A program made the translations under genes and the position numbers. 64,000 nt of DNA from Utricularia gibba (Eukaryota; Plantae; Magnoliophyta): positions 62,001 through 126,000 of the forward strand of contig NEEC01000004.1 in NCBI GenBank assembly GCA_002189035.1, given 5' to 3'. Positions 39,094 through 53,058 of this stretch are shown here, in pieces (position 1 is the first letter of the stretch; each line of letters starts with the position of its first letter). The notes beneath the pieces are model-generated. The model was given only the letters and a program-made list of their open reading frames with translations, was not told where the DNA came from and did not search any database.

Positions 39094-40748
39094 CTAATGC
39101 TCCTCCGTTAGCAAAATAGGAATGAGCTTCAATAAGAACGCCAATTCAGTGCTGGAGAATTTGGGCCTCTGTTCTTCATCTCCTCCGCTAGATTTCACCA
39201 TCCTCGAAACTCCCTCTGTTATCTCCCTAACAAAATCCACAATCACCCCATCCACACCCATCAAGTGTTGAAGGTAAACGGCCTCGACAGCATTACTGTA
39301 CACAACAAACCGATGGTAAGATTATCGATGAGTTTTGCGTGTTAATAATAGAGAATACTAGAAAACTCACTTCAATGCACCGTATGTCAACAATGAAAGC
39401 TCTGATTCCTTGATGGTCTTCACTGCTTCAGGATTTCTCAATACCGCCCTGACTTCAGAAACTATGCCTTGCAGGCCACCCTCCATGCAGAGCTTCACCG
39501 CCTCCTCCAGTGAATTCCTCCTCCTGTCGTGGTACATCTCATTCCCTCCATTTGTGAGGAAGTACACCTGAGTTCAACTAAACATAATCATGCGTCCTAA
39601 TACTAAGTGGTCGGAGGTAGTATAGTTTCAGCTTACTCACAGGGTAGGTGCCTTGGAGTTTCTTGATGATTAGTGCAGCGTCAGGCTGGAAGGTTGAGAA
39701 GATGACAGGTCTTTCATTGGCATGAGCAAACACAACTTTCAATATCGCACCAAGCACAGTGGTAAGAAGATCATTGGAGTATTCGAAGTGATCATCAAAC
39801 TTTAACTCAATGTTGAAGCCGATTGCAGGGTTCACATTCTCAAAGGCTCCTTTGAGGGTGCAAGCAAAATCATCAGATTCCACTGACCAGTGCAAAACTT
39901 CTCCATTCCTGGCTTTCCTCAACAACTTTTTACCCTTTAAACCGCCTTCTTTTTGAGGACCATAGCTTAAAAACTCGGATGCGGATAGATCAGTCACTCT
40001 TTTCTCGTAAACCGTGCCCTGAAACTCACAATCGTGGGGTGATCAGTTTAACTAAACAAAGCAAGATCAGCCATTTTAGCTTAGAAATCAGTGAAAGCAT
40101 CGACACATATCTACAAGCTTGAGTATGATTAGGTTAACTTACACCAACTTCTGAGTATATGAAGTCATCATGAAAAATGATTGGGCAGCCATCGCGCGTC
40201 ACCTACACAATCGAGATGCTTGAACTGAGGAATATTCATTCACCTCTTAGTTTCTCTAGGTCAGAATAGCAATATAATAATTTCAGAATAGGCTAGTATT
40301 CATTTCAAATCTAAGCTACGAATTCAATGCGCGGGGAAAGGAATTCAATAAGCGGCGAAATCGCCAAGCACACACCTGAACATCAAACTCCACGAAATCA
40401 ACAGCATACTTAGCGGCGGAATTAAAAGAAAGAAGAGTGTTCTCCTTGATCGCATTGAACCTCAAATCTGATGACTGCAACACGTTCATCCCACTCCCCG
40501 GTGGCCGATCACCAAAAACTTTCGCTCTGCATGACACCGATTCACACAACCTCATTCAGAAAATTACGCAAAAAAAAAAAAAAAAAAAAAACCATACAAG
40601 CGCTACAAATTCTATTAATGTGACCTGAAGAGAAAATCGAAGAAGAGGATAGAGCGCGATCTGGTGCGGGTACGGAAGCTGCCATTTTCGTTGCCGCCAC
40701 AAGATTTCCTGCTTCTGCAATTGCATGAAGCCGGAGTTGGAGACGCAT
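39094..40748 (-). CDS. Glycerophosphodiester phosphodiesterase (GDPD1/2-like); one-base frameshift at 40496-40499
   Basis: KFLVIGHRG|SGMN split across frames, KENTLLSF, FVEFDVQVTRDG, FNIELKF, FSTFQPDAA, LLTYG. The start could be 40748 or 40685. Confidence 0.9.
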
Positions 40749-41010
40749 ATTCCCCGAACATTCTTCTCACCTTCCGGTTTATGCCTGCCGAATATTCGCG
40801 CAATCCGAACAAATTCTCCGGTGTCAATTCTTCCCAAATAAAAATGTTTTCATGCAATATTATTTTAAAAAATATTAAATTAAATTATTAATTAATTTAA
40901 AATATTTCATTCTAACGAGGAAGGAAGCAGTAGCAGCTGCAGCACAACACTGAATTCACAGATGCTGCAGTGCGCTGCATCACAAATGAACGACGACCAG
41001 AGGAATTATT

Positions 41011-43047
41011 TCAGGCGTTTTGCCGGGAGGAATCTGTGGATCTGGTGCTGCTACCGACGCCCCTTCTCGACGACGAAATCGCGCCAACTTCCGGCGACGT
41101 CTCCCAGTTCCCGCTCTTCCTTCCCCAACTCGCGCGCCTCAGATGTTGTATTCCGATGCGATCACTTTCATCCACCATCGTCCTCGACTCCGGCGACGTC
41201 TCAGCTAAGCTGCTGCTCTTGTTCTCCACCAAGTCCAGCCCGTCCCTCCTATCACTTAACGGACCCTCCACCTCACCCCATGAAGCAGCTGCTTTTCTAC
41301 CCACTTCAATGGCTTCCACCCCTTTCCCCATACTGGGGCTGACGAATCCAGCAGAAGCAGTCACTGACGGAGTCGGAAAACTTGACTCTCTGCCTACTCT
41401 GGCTCTGAACTTGTTTTTGGATGGAGGCATGGAACTACAAAATATCTCCTTGAAATTCTCAGCAATTCCCTTGTTATACGGATTGGAACGCTGATCATAT
41501 CGATATCTGAAGTTTTCGTACGTAGTCTGCATCCATAACAAGAAAGGTTACCGCATCTGGGGACAAAGGGTGATGATCCAACTCCCATTACATTGACAGT
41601 TACCTGATTTGTGGCGATGAGGTAAAGATGGAATCCCGTTAGGCCACCAACAAACCATACAGCAATAAAGGTGTAGACAATCAAGACAATCGAAGCAATC
41701 GAAGATGGGGTTCGGACCATCGCTTTCCATAATGGGATTTCCTCAGTTTGCATGATCCTTCTGAAATAAACCCAGCAGAAGACAAAAACATATATGCAGA
41801 GTAGAGTTGTTGAGAAGACGAACATGAAGAAGAACCGGTAGTTTCTCTGCATCAAAGTCCACAAAAATGAGTGTCAGCAGTCACCAACTGAGAGTGACTG
41901 CTAATGTTAATATCAGAGATGGATGATACGAGTCTTACAACTTACCAGTCCAATGCACTGGCCGACCCAAGGACAGTGATGATCAAATTTTTCGACACAG
42001 TTATTGCATATCGAGCAGTGGGAGCATCGAGGAGGCCGATAGAGCATGCACGTGTCACAATATTTAATCTTTACTGTGGTGCCGTTAACCTCCACTTCCT
42101 TGATCCGAGGCAAGCGCATCTGTGGTGTTTGAGCTCCTTCAGCATGCCCCTCACAGCTTTCAGGTTCTGGTGGATGAGCATTTCTGGGAATGATACCAGG
42201 ATCCCTTCCAGATGCCAGCAAAAGGAGAACCAAATCCTAAAAGTTAAGCATAGTGATGCTGATCAGAAAGTGTATATGATGGCATGCACTGGCTTTCAAA
42301 ACGGGAAGAGAAACTTACGAAGAATGTGAAAACAACAGCAGTGACCATGATGGATATTCCCCAGTTAGAAAAACCATCCATCATCTCTCTCGCAACAAAC
42401 ACACAAAACAAAGACATGGGGGCAACAATGAGGAATGCTGTGAGCGCTAGTGACCTCACATCTGGCCCGAAAACGAACCTTCCTCCAAGACAAAATTTCT
42501 GCAACACAACAAAAAAAGTGAATCGGGCTGGTAAAAGTAACGAATCTCTGAGGTAAAGGCTGTAGTCGAAAAAACATCCAAATCAAAAATTCAAAATACT
42601 ACTAAGTAAATAAAAGCCGCATGATAGTCAAGCTACACACTTTCTGAAGTTTTCGCCTCAGTTTAAACGAATTAAATAAAAACTAAATTCGGACCAACGA
42701 ACTACAAACGCTATAACGAGTGATTAGAACCAAGATTAAGGAAAAAAGATATCAAGATGTTCTGAAAATAGAGAAAGCGCTGAGTTCAGGAACGAAGCAG
42801 TAAGTTCAGGAGCAAACTAGCGGTTCAACAGATAAGATGTCTGGAACGAAGTTCCATAAAGTTTGAAAATTGAGTGGAAACCAGAGAACTGCATTCCAAA
42901 ATCAGAATCCTTGGTAAAATTCAAGAAAAAAATGACGCAATTAACCTACATTGCTTCCTTTCCAAGCCTGGTAAACTCGAAGTTCGTCGGACCCAGTGAT
43001 GAACCCAGGCAACGGATCGGATCGATTAGGGGAGCAACCACATACAT
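41011..43047 (-). CDS. DHHC protein S-acyltransferase (PAT6/PAT7-like); one-base frameshift at 43029-43032
   Basis: Five exons. MYVVAP|PNRSD...[66 protein letters not shown]. Confidence 0.92.
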
Positions 43048-43634
43048 TTGGGGCCCTGCAATGCGGGTTTTCGAGTTGGATTCTTGGACAGCAATCTGAT
43101 TTTAGTTCACTTGGGCAGCGAGACGATTGAGAAGCAGAAGTAACCGGAGATGAAGAAGGCTTGAGTTGGGTGTGTACGTAAGGAACCAGAACACGGAATG
43201 AGAGAGACGCAACGGCTAGGGCAAAGGTCAAAGCGACATTAGACTTGAGTGGTCCAAAAAATTCCATCTTTTTAAACTTGGCTTTTCGAATCAGCGGCGT
43301 TGGGGGCTGATTCCAATTTCCTTTCTGCTGCAGCACCAAAAGGTAACTATTCAGGTCCACGCCTCGTCCCCCATCTTACAATTCTCAAGATCATTAACGT
43401 ACCTGGTACCATAATATTGCAACACATGCCTACTTCCATGTTTATGAGGAAAAAAATCCAACTTTAACATTACAGTGTGTTTCAAATACACATTACACTA
43501 GACCCATTACACCTCCAACTACCAAACTCAAGAGATTACTTACATGCCAAAATCAAGCTGTTTTTTTGATAAACTATCATATATGTGTGTATATCGCCAT
43601 GAATGAGAAGTGTGAATTCCTGTTGATGTTGTAG

Positions 43635-45200
43635 CTACTGTGTATCACCTCTGTGAATTACTGGCGGACTTGGTGCTCTCATGGCTTCTTCGACCAAAGA
43701 AATATCGGTTTGTTCCATCTGAGGATGAGTGTTACTGTTCCCAAGTGAAGAACTTGACTGAAGCTCGGCATCTTCGCGAGGCAATGGGGAGATGGTATTT
43801 TTCTGGTAGAATTTCTCTTCCACGATATCATAAGAGTTACCAGTTCGAACTTCCTGTGCAACGGAGCACCAGCAGCAGAAGAGCCACAAAGCACAGTCAG
43901 TGATAGAAGGCTGCCCACAAAATGTGTAGGATGGTAAATTGTATCTCTTCCTCATCTGAATTCTCCAGAACCCGCCATAGAGTAACCCGAATACGCATAG
44001 GCAAATCCCAGTGATGCCAAGTGCTTCCCTGACCATCTCGTTGTCAAGGTTAACAGCTGCTAGTGTAAAAATCCAGAACGGGGCCATGCAAAACAGGATG
44101 AAGGTTGCAATATGAACATACATATTGCCAAATCCAAGCCTCTCCATGTTCCATCCGAATACGCAGAAAGTGCAGAACAGGGAGAGATAAGCTAAAGAAA
44201 TGTCGTCCCAAATGTCAAGAATGCCGCCACTCCACTGTGGCCTGGTTACAACAACTTTCTCCACATCACCTGATGCGAAGGAATATCTTCTTTCAAGTGA
44301 TCTCCTCCTGCCAACACTACTTGACGCACTTGGAAGATGGGCTTCTTCGTCTATCTCGGTTTCGTAATCTTTCCCAAGTGGGCTAAACATGGAGTAGACT
44401 CCAGCAAATGCAGCGGCACCAAAAGATGCAGCTAAACAGAGTCCAACTCCAATAGCAGGTCGTCTAGACCTACTGTATCCCAAGTTGAGTCCACACAGCG
44501 CATATTGAGCAAAACAGTTAAGATTGAGAAAAAACACAACCACCATCATGTGTAACCATTCATTAGGCTTATAAGTTCCGTTCTTACAGTAGGCATTTCT
44601 GAGCTTCACGACGTCTTGTGGCCTCCATTTCAGAAGCAGAGCAAGGTGATACAATCGTTTTGGATGCTGGTATAAGCACATCAGTGTGAAGAGTGCATTA
44701 AGAATCTGATTATTAACCTCAAACCAAGTATCCCTTTGAGACCTCCGTGGGAGGACATGATTCAGCATACCAGTTAAGATCATAAAAAGCAAAGCACCAG
44801 AAACAGCAACACAGATGATCCAAATGAATAAAGCCATATTTGATGGATCCCTTATCCACTCCTTGCACATCCTCCAGAGAGAATCCCAATCAATCTTCCT
44901 AGAAATGAACTTGTGGAAACGTTCACGAATATGAAGACTAGTAGAAGAGGGCACCGCTTGTGATGCTTGATCTCTCTCGTAAGCAAGGGTTTGAAATTTG
45001 GCAGTTGGTGATGCCAAGCCACCAAATTGAAAGTATTTTATCCTATTAAAGGCAGGCAAACCACTACTGCCATTCTGTGAATTTTCACCACTAATAAGAC
45101 TTCTTTTTGATGCCGAGATATGCAAAGGAATGCCAGTTCCAGCTTCACTACGCACAGATTCACCACCTCCACTTACGCTGCCCTCGTCATTGGAAACCAT
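43635..45200 (-). CDS. PLAC8-family membrane protein with N-terminal DUF2985-like region
   Basis: Single 521-aa ORF with multiple hydrophobic segments. Motifs EVNNQILNALFTLMCLYQHP, WSGGILD, FCTFCVFGWNMERLGF, LFCCWCSVAQEVRT. Confidence 0.9.
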   Translation of the reverse strand: MVSNDEGSVSGGGESVRSEAGTGIPLHISASKRSLISGENSQNGSSGLPAFNRIKYFQFGGLASPTAKFQTLAYERDQASQAVPSSTSLHIRERFHKFISRKIDWDSLWRMCKEWIRDPSNMALFIWIICVAVSGALLFMILTGMLNHVLPRRSQRDTWFEVNNQILNALFTLMCLYQHPKRLYHLALLLKWRPQDVVKLRNAYCKNGTYKPNEWLHMMVVVFFLNLNCFAQYALCGLNLGYSRSRRPAIGVGLCLAASFGAAAFAGVYSMFSPLGKDYETEIDEEAHLPSASSSVGRRRSLERRYSFASGDVEKVVVTRPQWSGGILDIWDDISLAYLSLFCTFCVFGWNMERLGFGNMYVHIATFILFCMAPFWIFTLAAVNLDNEMVREALGITGICLCVFGLLYGGFWRIQMRKRYNLPSYTFCGQPSITDCALWLFCCWCSVAQEVRTGNSYDIVEEKFYQKNTISPLPREDAELQSSSSLGNSNTHPQMEQTDISLVEEAMRAPSPPVIHRGDTQ

Positions 45201-46502
45201 TCTGTTTTTTTTTTTTTTCGTTCTTTTTTGTGGCTAAAGGGTCCTCAGCAAATTATGCTCAATCCTTTCTTCGTTAAACCATACAAATAAACACCATAAA
45301 TCTTTTAAAACCGGCGAAGCATTGTCAACGACAATCGACTAAAACCACTCAGCCCAGGATACAAAATGAAGGCATCATGTTACTGCATCAGGAAAAGAAA
45401 TGAGAAAATAATCTCCAAGAAACAATTTCATTCATCACTTTCGGAAACTGAATCCAACCGCTACAGAATGCATAACGATTCAATTTTTCTACCGAACAAA
45501 AGTCAGCGGAAGGCTGAACTTTGATACAAAAACTCAATCTTTATAGACTGTGGAAAACGAGAAACTCCTAAAGTAGATCCCCAGCACACACAAAACCAAC
45601 AAGCCAATCCAATAACTGAAGGAGACTTTCAGAGAAAAAATTACCTGGGCTTCATTAGCTGCGCTCAAACCTCGAGATCTCTCAGCTGGGTCACCTATTC
45701 CATTGTCGAATGCTGAGAGATCCCAAACCCAAGAAAGCAAATGCTCATCGGAATCCCCTTTAGCCAATCAAACTTTAATCAAGCTCATCCAAGATATTTG
45801 ACATTTCAAAAAGCACGGTACAGTTCAACCATTCTCTTCCACAGAGGGGTTTAACACAACATGCCGGCAAGCATCTCAATTTTGTATAGTAAAAAAAACA
45901 GAACACCTTTTTCTCCAAAACCAAGGTCGAAGCACCCATTGAATTGGATTCTTCTCCGGCCTATAATTAATTACTTTTCAACTAATTATTTCCGAAATAA
46001 CGAGCAAAATCCTCATTCCAACTTAAATTAAATCACATTTTCTCAATTATATGCACAACACAATTGGGCTTTTAAGGCCTCTTAGGAACAGGCCCAAATG
46101 AACGTCAAAGAAACGAATCCGGATCCCCCAGGGCCCAATTACTTCATGCGGACATGGTTTTTTTTATTATTTTTTTACAAATAATCTATATTTAATTCTA
46201 ATTTAAATTTTATAATTAATGCAAATATACTGCTTCGTCATTCAATCTGCGGTCGATGGGCATGTGGGACCCATCCAATTTCTATACGATTTGTGCACCA
46301 CGACATGTAAACAAGGGGTGGATCGGAGAACGTCGATTTGGAACCTCATTTTGGGATACCGCCCACTTTTCCGTCTAGATTCATTTGGTTCTTTGTACAC
46401 CACGCTCTAAGTTGTCAGGTTGCTCTCTTCTTCTTCCCTGTCATTCCCTGTGTGTTTATATGGGTTCATTGTTCACACAATCGAATAGAACAGCAGGCTT
46501 CC

Positions 46503-48132
46503 ATGGCGCCGGCCACCGAGGAGCCCCTCCTGCACAGCCACCACGAGAAGGGACTCGGGAGGAAGCCAGCCTCTGTCCCCGGAGCTGTCTTCAATGTGTC
46601 GACGAGCATAATCGGTGCCGGGATCATGTCTATACCGGCCACTCTCAAGATCCTGGGAATCGTCCCAGCTTTTGTGATGATCGTTGTAATAGCCATTGTC
46701 GCTGGAATCTCCGTCGAGTTCATGCTGAAGTTCACTTACTCCGGTCAATCGAAAACGTACGCGGGAGTCATGAGGGAGTCCTTCGGTTGGATCGGATTCA
46801 TCGGAGTTCAGCTCTGCGTGATGATCACAAATCTGGGGTGCCTCATCATGTATCTGATAATCATAGGTAGTAGCCCTTTTAGTTGCATCATCACAAACCG
46901 TGTAAGAATTGTTCTACTTACTTCACTGTTTGAACTTCTTCAGGGGATGTGCTTTCCGGGAAGGGTGGGAATCACTTGGGAATATTGCAGGAACCGTTTG
47001 GTGTGCAGTGGTGGAATGTCCGGCCAGTCGCCCTACTCTTCATCCTCATCTTCGTCATGCTCCCGTTGGTTCTCTTCCGCCGCGTCGGTATGTACTGAAC
47101 CGGTTAAGTTAAATTGAAATGCATCTATCTGAGGCAATGCTCACCTGGTGGTTTACCAATTTCGCAGAATCACTGTGGCTCAGTTCAGCAGTCTCAGTAC
47201 TCCTAGCCGTCGTCTTCGTCGGCATTTGCTCAGCCCTTGCATTCATCGCAATCTTACAAGGCGAAGCGAAGCCTCCCAGATTCTTTCCCCTGTTAGAAAA
47301 CAGAACATCATTTTTCAATCTCTTCACCGCCATTCCAGTCATAGTCACAGCCTACACTTTCCACTTCAATGGTAATTACTTATTCACTGGGTGTTGTAGT
47401 TCAAGTGAAGCACATGCAACTCTATCGTATTTGATTGATTGGTGCAGTTCACAGCATTGCCATGGAGATGGCTGGTCCCAAAGAAATGAGCTTCGCTTCA
47501 CGAGTCGCCCTACTTCTCTGCGCAGTCATCTACTTCGCCATTGGCATTTTCGGGTATCTTCTTTTCGGTGACTCCACCATGGATGACATACTCGTCAACT
47601 TCGATCGAACTTCCGGCACCGGCCCAGCCTCGATCTTGAACACCTCGGTCCGTTTGAGCTATGCTCTGCACTTGGTGCTGGTTTTCCCGCTGCTGAACTT
47701 CTCCCTGAGATCAAACATCGACGAACTGTTCTTCCGCCGCAAGTCCCCATTGGAGACGGACACCAAGAGATTCCTTTTCCTCACTCTCCTCCTCCTGGGA
47801 GTCGCTTACATTCTTGCGATAGCCATCCCAAGCATCTGGTACTTGTTCCAGTTCGTAGGCTCTACTTCAGCAGTGTGCCTGGCATTCATCTTCCCCGGAG
47901 CGCTGGTCCTGAGGTACGTAAAGTACATGTTTATGAATGAACACAATTCAAGCATTCCATCCACAAGCCCATCATCAAAGCCACACTGTGTGACAACAAC
48001 AGGGACATCCATGGGATTTCCACGGTGAAGGAAAAGGCAATAGCAGCAGCCATGGTGGGGATTGCCCTGATCACAAGCATTATTGCCATTTCCACGAATG
48101 TGTACAAGGCGGTTGCATTCAGAGATGTGTAG
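46503..48132 (+). CDS. AVT6: Amino-acid transporter of the AVT6 (SLC38-like) group
   Basis: Five in-phase exons. Motifs GAVFNVSTSIIGAGIMSIP, TAYTFHFN, GYLLFG, LVLVFP. Stop TAG at 48130-48132. Confidence 0.93.
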
Positions 48133-49756
48133 CCAAGGGTTCGAGAGCGTCCTCATAAGCAGCTTCTTCTCCAGAGCCCGGCAAGCTTATTGTGAGCAGG
48201 TTGAGCTTCTTCCTGCATTCTTGTGCAGCACACAATACCTTCTGGCAGCTGCGCTTCAGCAGAGCATGTTTACGTTAGTTTTGTGTGTGTGGGGAGTATA
48301 GGGAGGTTCTGGAATCACTGAATATATGTATATGTGTTTTTCAAAATATTCAAAATATTTTATTACGCTGAAAATCCATTTCTGTAGCCTAAGGTGGAGG
48401 TCATTGGTACGCCATTAAAACCGGCCTCATTTCTCAACACAGGCTTTTACGTCTACATTTTGTATCATAATTATTATTATCAAATATTAAAATTAAAAAA
48501 ATATTGACCGCTGGTGTCCTTTTCCCACCAATATGGACACTACTTTTTCAATTTTAATAATATATATTATTAAAATTTATCGATGTCCAAATTTGGATTA
48601 ATAATAATACCCGAATTTAGTGATATCAAATTAATAATCATATTAATCGATATTGTTATTTTGCGACAATGTTTTTAATTTACCATTAGTTTTTTGAACA
48701 CAAAAACACATTTACTTCTCCATTTTCTTTTTTAATAAAAATTAGAAATTATATCCAATTTTTGAATGATTGTGGCCACGCGTTTTTTATTAAAAAAATA
48801 TATTTAAATCAAATTGAATTATTGAACCAAACCCTAGTTGACCACCGACTAGTTCCCGATATTTATTTAATTATTTTTAATACACGACAAAAAAAAGGAA
48901 AACAGGTAGAATTGGTAATCGCTTTATCCGCGTTGAAGTTTTGGGGGTGAGAATTAAGGTCCCCAACTGCAACATTGAAATAAGCTCAAAGAGGTAAGAC
49001 TAGTAAAAGACGGCCAAAGTCAATCTGAGATTAGGCTTTTTTGAACCCTTCAAAATCCCATCCTTTGACTAAATATCCCAGGGTTGTCATTTTGTGTATG
49101 GTAAAATTTTTTATTTTTAAATATAAAATAATTACATATATCTAGTTATGCAAATAATATGTAAAAAATCGTGTGTTATATAATTTATTAAATATTCAAT
49201 CGCTAACTATACACTTCAATCACTTTAGTCTAATCAAAGACTTTGGTTTCTCTCACCTCTTAATCCATTAATATCTTATAAATTAATTTTTTTTTCAAGT
49301 AACTTTAATGATGATCATCCACTTTGCAATTCATGGAATAATCTTTAAAATTCTTTAGACTTTTAAAAATTGATCTTTTTTTATATACAAACCTATGACT
49401 ATAGTATATGTACTATTAATTCCATTGGTTTCATGCATACATGTTTGATAATTAAACGTCAGATTGCTAATTGAAAATTAATATGATCTCGACGAATGAG
49501 TCGCCATGGAATGGATAAATCAACTATATGATAACATATTAAATCATTTTTTACTTTTTTTTTTTTTAAATTCAACGCGATAAGAAGGACTTGATCGTTC
49601 AATACTATTGGGAAATCAACGATGGTTAGGTTGCATATCACATCCCGTCGTTGGAAGTTGAACGTCGCCATGCAGAGGGAACATGGCAACTAACACTTCA
49701 CCCACTCTTAGAAAAATATAGTAATTTCAAAGATCCTCCCCTTCGCTATCTATCCT

Positions 49757-49766
49757 CTATATATAA
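49757..49766 (+). promoter_or_regulatory. TATA box of the peroxidase gene
   Basis: tatatataa about 55 nt upstream of ATG 49816. Confidence 0.55.
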
Positions 49767-49815
49767 CTACAAGGTTTCGTCACATTGCTCACAGAATCTA
49801 GAGCTCTTAGCTCCA

Positions 49816-50977
<1,162 letters not shown>

Positions 50978-51897
50978 GGAGTAGATTACTCGGGTGCCGG
51001 ATCTCATGTTTTGTTTTCCGTATACAATACAAGGTTTCTGTCTGTGTACCAATAACGCATGTCTTTTTCCCCTAGTATTTCATTGTAAGCTGTTAAGAGT
51101 GTCGGGTGCTACTGTAGCATTTATGCACGTGTCTAAGATTGTCTTTTAGTGGAAGCAAATTATAATATGAGTTGTTGGCCTTTTCACGGTACACGACACC
51201 ATTCAAAAGTGAAGAAAGAAGAATAACACCACCAATGCAACTTTTTCTTTCCTTTAGTTTTTTCCTTTGAATATTTGTAATCAATTTGATACCCATCTTT
51301 TTTTTCATTGGGGGCGTCAAACCCCTCCAATTTTTTGTAAGATGTTGTCTATAAACTCCAATAATGTTGTAATTGGTTCCAGCAGGAACCTAACAGCTAG
51401 TAATAACAAAAATATTACTAGCTGTTGGTAATGAATAGTTTATACCGAAAAAAATTACTTAACTATTGGTATTTTTTATAAAAAAAATCGTATATATATA
51501 TATATCCTATGATTATCATATACTTATACATTTCATTTTCAAATCTTTTTTTTTAGTGAACTCGTCACTCATCTTACCAAAAATCTTTTCTTAGTTTTAA
51601 TATACTCACTCAGTACTTGAATCTTGTTTTTGGGCCTATTGAAAAACATTAAAAGATGGTTAAACCAATGGAGCTCATTAAGGATGAAGCCCAAAAACAA
51701 CAGCCCACCATCCCGCTATGGTTTTGGAGGGAGGCCCAAGTAGTTCATGGCTTCCTTTCTTTTGGGTGACTGTCGAATGAAGATGCGACACATGTCCTCG
51801 TACGATTGCGCCGAAGAATAGAGAAGAAGAAGGGCTAGGGATGAGATAAGAATGAAGAGGTGGCTGGTCCAATGACACGATGCCGAGTGGGTCCCCC

Positions 51898-52872
51898 GCC
51901 ACGTCGCTACAAAACAAAAATACGCAGCGCAGCGTTCAACAATGTCATCTCCATGGCACAAGACCAGAAATACGAGTAAATAATTCAATTCCATGTTCAC
52001 TTTTTTGCCCTTTTTGCCCACCTGGCGGGCTCCTACGTGGCATGCCCATTTTTTATTCAATGTTTTGAGAGGAGTGACACTTAACTAACCGGATGAGTCG
52101 GTTCTGGATAAGTTCTCTACGTGGCTCCAGCTCTGCATATTTTGGATGCTTCCGGTGCACCCTAAACCGACGCCCCCCCGCACACCTTATGTATGGGTAA
52201 TTCTGTGTCTTGATTTATAAAATATTTATATAATTCTTTTAAATTTGTATATATTCTTAACATAGTTATTAAATAAAAATAATTCAAATATATTATTAAT
52301 TAAATTACGTCGTTATAAATTGGTATTTGTGTGTTAATTAAACGGACATGCTCGTCGCAATCTTGTATTCAACAATTGGTTGGGGTTAATTGTCAAATTT
52401 GATTTATTCGGGGGCCAGTAGGAAAAAGAAAATCACATAAACTCCTGACTTGTCATGTGATTAAGCTTTGTGGGGCCCAGAACGTGGAATCCGAGTCATC
52501 ATGGACTCGACGTCTGGGACACAAATATCTGCCTTCTAGCAAATGGTGCCTGGTCATGACAGCACATAAAAATAGATGCGTTTCGTTCATTTTCTTGAAA
52601 GGGTTGTCGTATTTTTCTATGATTAATGGTTAGGCAAGAGGCTCTCGTGACAATTGCGAGTATGGTCTAAAAAGATTTAATTTCCAAAAACAGATGGTAG
52701 ATTAATTACATATGGTCTGGTTTAATTGGATAGGATAATGTGGTTTAAGGATGGAATTAAATATCCCAAAAATATCTGTGGCCAATAGAAAAAGAGAACA
52801 TTAAAAAATGGAAAAGTAATACCGGAGAGTGGTGACGCCATCTAAAAAAATATTAAATAAATGGTGACGTGG
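51898..52872 (+). promoter_or_regulatory. ABRE/ACGT-box cluster upstream of AGAL3
   Basis: GCCACGT 51898-51904, ACGTGGC 52035-52041 and 52119-52125, ACGTGG 52482-52487 and 52867-52872. TATAAA at 52983-52988. Confidence 0.4.
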
Positions 52873-53058
52873 GCTAAGCTCGACTACAAGTTGTCCAAGT
52901 GACCCAAATGCCCCTGGTGCGTGGATGAGGTGTTTTTTGTAACTACCAATTTGTTGTGACGATTCCATCCCTGTCCTCCTCCTATAAATGCATCACATTT
53001 GCTATAGCTTCCGCACAGAAACTAAAGCTCGAGTCTATTCTTCTCCTCTTGTGTGGTG

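Noticed and set aside
45534-45767. uORF in the PLAC8 leader
   Set aside because: It starts at TTG rather than ATG and runs across a splice donor; probably 5'-UTR exon and intron sequence.
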